From Eledone cirrhosa (Eukaryota), in contig OZ024741.1 of assembly GCA_964016885.1 (NCBI GenBank), forward strand, positions 220,348,001 through 220,412,000: 64,000 bases of DNA, in the 5' to 3' direction. Shown here piece by piece: positions 53,903 through 64,000 of this stretch. The stretch's first letter is position 1. The number at the start of each line of letters is the position of its first letter. Under the pieces are notes generated by a model. The model worked only from the letters and a program-made list of their open reading frames with translations, made no database searches and had not been told where the DNA came from. Both the position numbers and the translations under genes were made by a program.

Positions 53903-53952
53903 ACAACAGAAACACAAACACTCCATCTCAAGTTTACTTTTGAAAATCATAT
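53806..53952. repeat. Family-D-related inverted repeat with a (TA)n spacer
   Basis: ttttcaaaagtaaaattgagatggagggtttgtg...(TA)n...cacaaacactccatctcaagtttacttttgaaaa. Confidence 0.75.
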
Positions 53953-53961
53953 ATATATATA

Positions 53962-54032
<71 letters not shown>

Positions 54033-54037
<5 letters not shown>

Positions 54038-56065
54038 TAACAGATTAAAGTTTAAGCAAAGAATCGTTGCTTTCACCCTTAACGGGATCTTCTGAAACTA
54101 AAAAAATCAATCTGTGAACGCAGAAGTAAATATTTCGAAAAACGTTACGACTGAAGGAAAACAGGAAGACGATACTTTGGTTCGTGAAGACGTTCCCTGG
54201 CAATGAACGGAAAAAAGCGGTGATAAAATGTCGTTATGTGGGGCGATGAGAACAAATACACACAAAGACAAAACCACGCTTATGTTATAAATGAAGTCGT
54301 AGACTAAAATTCTATTTAGGAAACCGGATAATTCTCGGCTTCAGAGTTTAGAATAATGTAAATAAATTAGTAGAACGAAAATGACAGAGGTTATTAAAAT
54401 CAAATAATTAAATATATACATACATACACAGGCATACGCAAAACACCCGTCATGCATGCATATATATGCACGTACACATAAGCACGCGCATACATACATG
54501 AATCCGCGCAACACGTGTACCCGCACACATTTGAACCTATACACCAAATACACATAAAATATATATATATGTGTGTGTGTGTGTATACATATAATTATAT
54601 AAACGTATATAAATATACACACATAAATAGGTATATAACGCACGCACACAAACACGAAATACACATATACACATAACTATATACACGTACACCAGTATAT
54701 ATAATATAATATATACACCTATAACAAATACAAGCATATAAACGTACGAGAAAGTATACGTACCTTCACAAAACATACGGGTAAGGCATACTTACCTATA
54801 CAAATAAGTAATGGTATAAACATAAAATATACTTAGCTACCACATCAAGACGTAAATTATCTGCGTATTGTTCGTACTATCTGTTATGGTATAATGTGGG
54901 GCTGTAATACAGGAAAGTTTTATGCAATTTGTTGTTTACAAGCCGAAATTGCCTCAGATTGTTTGTTTAAGATGTGGTCATTGGCGTACAGTATTTCCAG
55001 GGCTTTAGCGGTGCAAAGATCACAAGGTCTTTTATTTCCGTTATACGATCTAGCCTTAGCTAGGATCTCCCAGTGTAAACTATATTGGGTGTGGTTGTCT
55101 TTTAGACTCCAGATATAAGCTGAAAGTGACGTCATATTCCTTCTTAAAGGGTTAAGAAAATAATGGGTATGCATGTAAAGACGCTGCTTGAATCTATTGG
55201 CGGTTAACCATATGTAGGCCCTACGGGACGTGGGTGTTTCGACCTTACATTTGTAGACAATGTTACTGGAGAGGCATTTCCCGGATAGAGGGCAATCAGC
55301 CGATTCCTACAATTACAGTTAGTACTAGCTACAGGGTTGCACATGTTCCAGCTAGGTAATTTAGGTAAATTTGAAGTAGTGATGTTATGTGCAAGGATAT
55401 GAGTCGTAGAGTAAGATATTTTAATGGTATTTCTATTAAAAATATTATTATATTTATGTGCTGAGGGGAAATGCCTCTTAATAAGGGAGAGAAAGATCTT
55501 AGCTAATGGTGTGGCCACCTCCATATTATATGGTGTGTTATACCATATAATGCGTCGGGATCTATTTTTCCTTGGTCTATGCTACCTTATCAACAAATTC
55601 ACTCCGAGCAAGAGCTTAATTGGAATATGTGGAATGGTGGGTGAAAATATGCTCGTTTGTAGATAGTCGGTAAGCCGCAAAGAAACGTTACTTACCAGGT
55701 TCTTGGTCATGCTGGCAGGACGGTTAGAATGCTTACTTATGTAACTAAGCGTATCATTCGGCTTTCTATACGGGTAATGCAAGCCATTCGACAAATTGAG
55801 GGTAACGTGGAAGTAATTAACGACCGAGAGGTTGGCTACAACCTGTATGGAGAGGTTGAGGCCTTTAAGGAAGGCTGTGACTTCTTTTTTGAACCTGTCG
55901 CAAGCGTGTGGACCGCACTTTGGCATGGTCAAAAGACCGTCATCGCGGTAGAAACTACGGCCCACATTGGGGAATTCTTCCTTGATAGAGAAAAGAAGGA
56001 AAAGACCGATAAGATCAGTAACCTTCGCCGAATTGCTGGCGCCCATACTCACGTCGAATTGGGTA
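54033..56065 (-). mobile_element. 5'-truncated Penelope-like element (RT + C-terminal GIY-YIG), disrupted
   Basis: MG..S..YRDDGL, YRKPND..YI...SN.P, HFP..HKY..IFNRNTIKISYS, CNC, IVYKC..YIWLT..FKQR..H, CDLC, LNKQSE. The 3' UTR ends at (TA)n, with a decayed HHR-like motif at ~54065-54100. Confidence 0.85.
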
Positions 56066-56084
56066 TTATTAGATTATATATATC

Positions 56085-56400
56085 ATGAATAAGAATAACC
56101 AGGATTAAATTACATTAAATTATTTAATTGGTTTACGAACGTTTCAATCAATACATTAGGAAAATATATTTCTATTGTATTGATTTCTTCAGAATCTATT
56201 AAACAACGTTTTTTAATAAATTCTGAAGAATCAATCCATAGGAAAAATTGTATTTTCTTACTGTATTGATAGACACGTTCTTAAATCAAATAAATAATTT
56301 AATATAATTTAATCCTGGTTATTTTGATTCATTCTATATATTAACTTTGGTTGTCTCCAGAATCTTCATGAGGTTTTGTGTTACCATTTATCTAAAAGAA
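56085..56400. mobile_element. Diverged ~250-bp palindrome plus tail, family L, with a hammerhead core at 56134-56198(-)
   Basis: CTGAAGA-aatcaatac...gtattgatt-GAAACGTTC; decayed mirror at 56223; stem I pairs poorly. Confidence 0.6.
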
Positions 56401-56603
56401 TATTTTTGTGTCTTAAATACCGAAATGTCGTGAAAAACGGACGACAAGAAATCTAGCGGAAATAACTGGAAGTTTCAGTTCATCAGATGTTAATATAATA
56501 GTTAACTATGTTTTAAGTAATGAATACATTCTACTTCGATAGATAAACATATATATATATATAAACATATATATATGTATATAAACATATATATATATAT
56601 ATA

Positions 56604-56723
<120 letters not shown>

Positions 56724-57080
56724 AGAGAGAGAGAGAGAGAAGGTGAAGTTGGAAATAGCACGGGAAATATATTTTAGGGTCTGTTTTTCTCTTTTTATCC
56801 TTTCTTTGATTCATCAAAGTGACATTATTGAAAAGATGATATTATTGAAAAAATGAGAGGGACAGTTCTTTTAAAAAAAGTTTTGTAATGTGTATAAAAT
56901 ATATAAAGTATTACCGATTTCGATGTACTATTAAAATTTATCTCATCAAATGTTCAGTATTGAACTAAAAAAATTATAAACATTAATAGGAGTTAAAAAC
57001 TAAAATTTAAAGATTTTAAATTAAAATTAGGTGTCGGAATAAGTTTTTTTCCCATCTTTCTTGCTCAAAATTGGGCTGGA

Positions 57081-57121
<41 letters not shown>

Positions 57122-57304
57122 AGTAAGTAAGACCCCGACGGCTGAGCTCAAGCCGTTTCGACGGCTAATTCTGTACTTTGGTACTTTGGTGCGTTATGGT
57201 CCACCTGGTTCCTTACCACTTTTCCCTCGCTATATATATATATATATATATATGTTATGGAATACTATTAGCTTCTCGCTAAAATAATTTCTATACCTTT
57301 CATT

Positions 57305-57336
<32 letters not shown>

Positions 57337-57686
57337 GTTACCCCCACCAAATGAATACACACTTTGATTACCTGTACAGGCAATATTGATTAGAATGGTG
57401 TATACATTGTTTGTATATGTATGTGTTTGTTGGGTGCTTATTTACAATTACAGGTGGTGCGCTCTTCGCAGCACTCAATCCTGGTACGAGGTCCATCTCG
57501 TGTTGGCTTGTATTCCAGTGTTAATGCGGCTGTAGTGTGGCCAGTGTAAATAAAGTAGAATCGAAGTCAGTGTCGCAGCGTATGTAGAAACCTTCTTGGC
57601 ATATTACAATTGTTTCAATATCGTAATTGGTGATACACCAATGACATTTCTACATATGATGCAGCAGATACTTCCATTCCATTTAC

Positions 57687-57749
<63 letters not shown>

Positions 57750-58090
57750 ACATATATAAATATATATAACAAAGAGGGTGTGGTAAGGAACCAGGTGGAC
57801 CATGAGGTACCAGCGTACTCAATAGTTAGGGTAGTAAAGGGGGTAACAGGAAAAGAGTCAGGACCCCGACGGCTGAGCTCCAGCCGTTTCGACAGCTAGA
57901 CCTGAACAATATATATATCCTAACTCGTGTGCTTCCTCTCCACATTTTATTATATATATATATCTTGTTTAATATAGAAATGGCTTCTACAGAACTAGAA
58001 CTGTTTTATTCAAAAGAAATCATTTAGTACCTTACTAACTATGTTTGCCCTCGATTGAACACGGGACTTCACACGCAGGCACCACACACA

Positions 58091-58205
<115 letters not shown>

Positions 58206-58225
58206 TCATTTGTTATAGAAATTAT

Positions 58226-58410
58226 ATTATAGAAACGATTTCTACAGAATTAGAACTGTTTCATTCGTAGGAAGTCATCAGAACGATTCCTGATTTCATA
58301 CGAATAAAACGGTTCTAGTCCTGCAGAAGTCATTCCTATAATAAAATAAATATACTAACGTATTGAATACCATTTTAACAGTGGTCGCCTCCCGATTTAC
58401 ATCGGGATCT
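58226..58410. mobile_element. Family C inverted element; hammerhead core at 58236-58288(-)
   Basis: CTGATGA-c-ttc(ctac)gaa-t-GAAA-CAG..CTG-TA; further family C pieces at 57968-58070 and 25582-25633. Confidence 0.65.
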
Positions 58411-58420
58411 CTCTCTCTCA

Positions 58421-58468
<48 letters not shown>

Positions 58469-58514
58469 AAGAAAAGAGTCAGGACCCCGACGGCTGATCT
58501 CCGGCCGTTTCGAC

Positions 58515-58915
58515 GTTTCCAAACGCACAGCATCATAAAGAGCAAGAGACAACCTAAATCCATAAAAACATCCTCACACAAGCCAACATCCAACAAACCC
58601 TCACAATGAAGCCTACAGTAACAACATGTGGAACGCCCAACTGTGGCATATGCATAAATCTAATAGAACATTCCATTTTAAACAAGGACAACGTTTCACA
58701 GTTAAACACAATTTTACATGTGCATCTGAAAACCTTATCTATGTTTTGACCTGCTCAGGTTGTCAAGAGCACTACATAAGACAGACAAAATACAGCCTCC
58801 GTCACCGTATGACCGTCCATAAATAACAAACTAATATACAGGAATACAGAAAGATTGCATTTAGTGAACATATCGCCAATTGTGCTCTCAACCAACATCC
58901 CTACTTAATGCTCTA
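58515..58915 (+). pseudogene. Penelope-like GIY-YIG endonuclease fragment with Cys-rich linker (Neptune-like)
   Basis: KRQPK..NIL, CGTPNCGIC, FTCASENLIYVLTCSGCQEHYIRQT..LRHRMTVHK. Confidence 0.75.
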
Positions 58916-60106
58916 AAAATTGGACCAATCTAAAACTGCAACAAACAATCAAACATTTACAAGAGTTACCTCCCTCATACCCTACCTAATCCTTTTTCTT
59001 AAATAAATTAAATATCATCCAGCAAGAATTGCTTCCCCCTGCATATTAACTCTCTAAAAAGGGAAATCATATAAAACCTCAGTCCACCATTTGCCTCCAT
59101 CACGGAATCATGGATCAACTAAACACTCTTGCTATATTAACACATTTTGATCTGCTTAACTTCAATGACTCTGCTTGTAAATAACATTATTTTTTCTTCC
59201 ACATTGACTTTTTATGCTCTACATTATGCACGCTTATTTTTCCTTTTTCTTTTTTCTTTTCACTTCATAAACCTTGTTTGTAAATAACATTATTCTTTCT
59301 GCAGCTTCTGTTTAACATGTGCGACAGACACCACACTAATACATTTCACTATAAAATGATAATGCATAAACATGCTGAAACCGGTAATAGACAATAATTA
59401 AATATATAAATAGATAAATAAATGCCATACTTAAATAATAAATAAATAAACTAATACCTTAACACTTCACACAAAGTAAAACATTTCGTTTTAATCATTT
59501 TCTAACCCAGAAAAAAGAGAGAAACAAAAAAGGAAAAAAAATATTTTTCTTCCTAATAATCGTCTCTTTCTCCCTGTTTTCCTATGCATATATATATATA
59601 TGTGGGGGGGGGGGTTTACATATATCTGTTAGTGTACATACATGTTTGTGTATGACCAGTCATCATTTCAAATTTACTTCTAGAGTTTCCCTTGTGATCT
59701 GTAAAATTCTTCTCTCTATTTAACTGCACTTCACATTATTTTCTGGAAAGGAATACCATTTCAACTTTATTCCTTCACACTTCAGCTTCTCTTCAGCCTG
59801 ACTTGTCACTCATCACATAAAACTACGTCAGTTCGAATTACTGCCTAGCTATGATGGTTGCTCTCTTACTTTTTCTACCGCCAAGTAACGTAATATAAAT
59901 TTATTATTGTTGTTAATGTTCTGGGTCACAGAGCCTTGTATAGTGAGCAACGATATGTACAATTTTATTGCTGCTCTACTACATGGCTTAATGGTTAGGA
60001 TACTGGAAAAACAATTAAATAGAAAAAGAAGTATCAACGTTCATCTACAGATACCTAGTTATCTAACGACAGCAACAGTTGACTGATGAAATGACAAGTC
60101 AGTCAA

Positions 60107-60400
60107 TCATATTGGTGACCTCCCCACAGCCCCGGCAGACAGAAATGAGAAGGCGTTTCCCCGCAGGACGGCAAGGGAGACGCACTGGAAAAGCCGTTCC
60201 AACTCGCGAGGCTCACACCTGCCGCTGGCCAACTCAGCGCCTATGGTGGTGAGTAGGGAGTTAGCCCTAGGCCCGAGGACACCAGAAGTCTCCACTGCGA
60301 AGGGTACGACCGCAAACCTCTCGGAGAGTGACCGGTATTTGGAGAGTTTGGCCTCCTCAGCCTGACGTGCAGTAGAACCTGGGTTAGTCGCAGACTGCAC
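60107..60400 (-). mobile_element. CRE-like RLE retrotransposon 3' fragment
   Basis: AEEAKLSKYRSLSERFAVVPFAVETSGVLG...LFQCVSLAVLRGNA. Confidence 0.75.
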
Positions 60401-61837
60401 CAGGTTGCAGTTGGAGAAAGTACTTAACGTACGATCGTAATGTCGTCGGTTTGATTCCTGGACAGGCTGCTGTGTTGTGTTCTTGAGCAAAATATTTTAT
60501 TTCATGTTGTTCCAGTACACTCTGCTGAGAGTAAGTACCAGCAGTAGCTGGGGAGTTAACACTGCAATAGACTGGCGTCCTCTCCATGTCACTTAACACC
60601 AAGGAATCCGTGGATAAGCACCAGCAACAGCTGGGGAAATAATGCTGCAAAAGACCGGCATAACTAATATAGTTCTCAGTTAGATTCAGCGGATCACATT
60701 ATGTATGTGACAAGGCTGACACTTTTTATTACAGGTACAATTCATTTTGGGCCAGCAGTTTGGATAGGAGCAATGCGAAATAAGGTATATTGCTCAAGGA
60801 CACAATTCACTGCTGTGGATCGAACTAACGACTACGAATTGAGCAAAGGTTCATTACTGTCCATGTGTTGATTCATACACTTTTGAATTCCCTGACATTT
60901 GTATATTATACTATGTACTATGCATGCACCTTTGATGAGTTGTAGTGCACCTGAACACTGTACACAATAATTTCATTATTATCATATATTATTATGTTCT
61001 CTCAAATCAACATGTTGATTACTAGATCTAGCTGGGAGATGAGAGAGTCACTACTTCTCCGAATTCAGAGATCATAGCTCCGATACTATGTGTATGTGGT
61101 TAGAAGGTCTCAGTGTTGTGACAAGTCCAGTTTTTATATAAAGACTGGACCAGATGCCATTGCTAACTACGAAATAGTTTACCGTAACATCCCTACGACA
61201 GGCTGCACCAGTTACAGGTACATGACGTGATGAGTCAGAGTGCCAGCATCAACTATCATAACATTTTTCAAAACTTCCAAGTCTGTTGGAAATACGGTGG
61301 GAAATCATCCTTCAAACCAGATAACTGATACGGATGCTTGCAATAATAGCCAACTCTATTAAAACCACCGAAGCATAGGAAGTTATGCTAAAGCTAGCGA
61401 TGGAATCAATCTCTGATATATAAAAGACGGGATAGGAACAGTTGGGGCACTTTTTCATCTTCTGCCAACTCAATAATAGCGGAACAAGAACAGCATATGT
61501 TTTAAAGATATCAATATAATATAGTTATAGTAAATTAAATATATTTTTTCCGTTATTCTGTTGCTCTGTTGTGTTTTACCATATTCACCAGACCGTTAAT
61601 AAGCGCGCCATGTGTTCAGCAATTCCCATCAATTCATCGACAAAGACATTTAAACTCAAATCACGTCACTACATTACAATTTTTTGTTTTTATAAAAGTT
61701 TCAATTTTGTTATTTGTCAAATGAATTAACAAACAGAAAAGAAGAAAAATTATAATAAATATGAGTAAATGAAAGCAATAGAAAAATGTGTCTGAAAAAT
61801 GTTAGCATATATCATTCGTAATAAGAAAAGAATTCAT

Positions 61838-62460
61838 TTGCTTGGAACTGTCGGATTAAAATATTCTGGTGTATTAGTTCCGGCTCTTTATGTTCTGATT
61901 TCAAATCCGACCGAGATCAATTTTATATTTCAACATCTCGGAGTCAATAAAAATAATTGAATTGATATGAGAGCGAATAGGCAAAATCATTAGAACGTCG
62001 GATAGAATAGTTTGTGATATTAGTTCCAGCTCTCTGCTTTCTGAGTTCAAATCCTGCCGAGGTCGAGGTCAACTTTGCCTTTCATCCGACAAAAAACGAC
62101 CAGTCTAGTACTGGATTCTTTTTCTATATAACTTTCTCACATGCATTCTCTCCTTCTCTGGCAGAAATCTGCTATATTCAGACGTAGAGAGAAGCTGGGC
62201 ACCGCCATCTTTAAAAAATGCTCTAGAAACGACGTATCTCAAAATGGCGCCCATACAAGTCCTCCAAGAGTTACCGGACCATACATGCAAATAAATTACT
62301 AGTCTCAGGTCGTAGATTGGCGATATTGATAAGTACTTTATTTTATCTACCTCGGAAGGATGAAAGGCAAAGTAGTTCTCAACGGGATTTGAACTCAGAA
62401 CGTAAAAGGCCATAAGGAATACAACACACCATTTTGTCCGACTCTCTGACGATTCTTCCA
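61838..62460. mobile_element. Diverged family-1 SINE copies (two on +, one on - at 62330-62460)
   Basis: ttcaaatcc..ccgagg..aactttgcctttcatcc. Confidence 0.65.
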
Positions 62461-62723
62461 CAAATGGTAATCACTAATTATCAATAATTCAATACAATAG
62501 AAAGATTTTACAGCAGCACCAATGGAAACCACCGAAACAGAGCTCTAGGGTGTATCTGATTATGTGTCTGTATGTATATATATATATATATATGTTTGTG
62601 TGTGTTTGTGTAGATATATATGTATAGATATGTGTGTATATATATATGTATGTATATATATGTACAGGGTTATATGTATATATATGTACAGATATATATT
62701 ATATATATATATATATATGTATG

Positions 62724-62781
<58 letters not shown>

Positions 62782-63049
62782 GATATATTATATATATATT
62801 ATATATATATATATGATTTGTTTTGTATTATATATATGTGTGTGTGTGTATGTATATATGTGTATATGTGTGTGTATATATATGTATATGTCTAATGTCA
62901 GCCTCTAATCACATTCACCAGCTCAGACTATATATCTATTGATTTTCCTTCCACCAGACAGCAAAGAAGATATCAAATGACGGCCGGCTTTTTTTTCAGA
63001 TGGATATCATCAATTAATCTTGACCACCAATATCATAATATTATTACAT

Positions 63050-64000
63050 ATTATTACACCACCACCACCATATACACCATTCCATCACTGGCCATTACTG
63101 ACCACCACCACCACCACCACCATATACACCATTCCATCACTGACCATTACTGACCACCACCACCACCACCACCATATACACCATTCCATCACTGACCATT
63201 ACTGACCACCACCACCACCACCACCACCATCACCACCATTCCATCATTGCCACTACTGACCACCACCACCATATACACCATTCCATCATTGCCACTACTG
63301 ACCACCACCACCACCACCATTCCATCATTGCCACTACTGACTACCACTACCACCACCACCATATACACCATTCCATCACTGACCATTACTGACCACCACC
63401 ACCACCACCAACACCACCACCACCATTCCATCATTGCTACTACTGACCACCACTACCACCACCACCATATACACCATTCCATTACTGGCCACCACCACCA
63501 CCACCATTCCATCATTGCCACTACTGACCACCACTACCACCACCACCACCACTACAATCACCACATCATCACCACCACCATTCTATCATTGCCACTACTG
63601 ACTACCATATACACCATTCCATCACTGCCACTACTGACCACCACCACCACCACCACATCACCGCCACCAACATTCCATCACTGCCACTACTGACCACCAC
63701 CGCCACCACCACATCACCGCCACCAACATTCTATCACTGCCACTACTGACCACCACCGCCACCACCTCATCCATCATTCCATCCTTGTCACTACCACCAC
63801 CACTACTACTACTACTACCACCTACACCACCACTAACACCAACACCACCACTACCACTACCACCACACTACTACTACCAGCACCGCTACCATACCACCAC
63901 ACCACTTCAACCACCACCACTACCATTACCACCACACCACTACCAGCATCTCAACCACTATCAACACACTACAACTAGCACCACCACCACATCACCACCA
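63050..64000. repeat. Degenerate (ACC)n compound minisatellite
   Basis: Recurring caccattccatcattgccactactgaccacc. Confidence 0.9.

Overview
Repeat-saturated, AT-rich animal genomic DNA, intergenic or deep-intronic; no host exon could be supported. The SINE families and huge (TA)n/(CA)n load suggest an octopod cephalopod (inference from recognition, not a search). Almost all listed ORFs are microsatellite artefacts. Real coding remnants are all transposon-derived: two R4/Dong-like RLE LINEs (8890-12472; 37621-39992, nearly intact), a Tx1/L1-like LINE (20812-24825, -), two Penelope-like element (PLE) remnants with GIY-YIG (54033-56065, 58515-58915), Helitrons (one with PIF1 helicase), CRE- and RTE-like 3' ends, a MULE-like foldback with a 9-bp TSD, a Tc1/mariner MITE and many tRNA-derived SINEs. 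The main hidden signal is non-coding. The short islands between (TA)n tracts are mostly palindromic or single-arm elements carrying type I hammerhead ribozyme (HHR) motifs. I read about 17 with an intact core plus several decayed ones, from about a dozen unrelated families. They show stem covariation, U3:A8 core compensation and two fixed 3' termini per family, consistent with (TA)n-targeting PLE pseudo-LTR remnants. All structures were folded by eye and need computational and biochemical checks.
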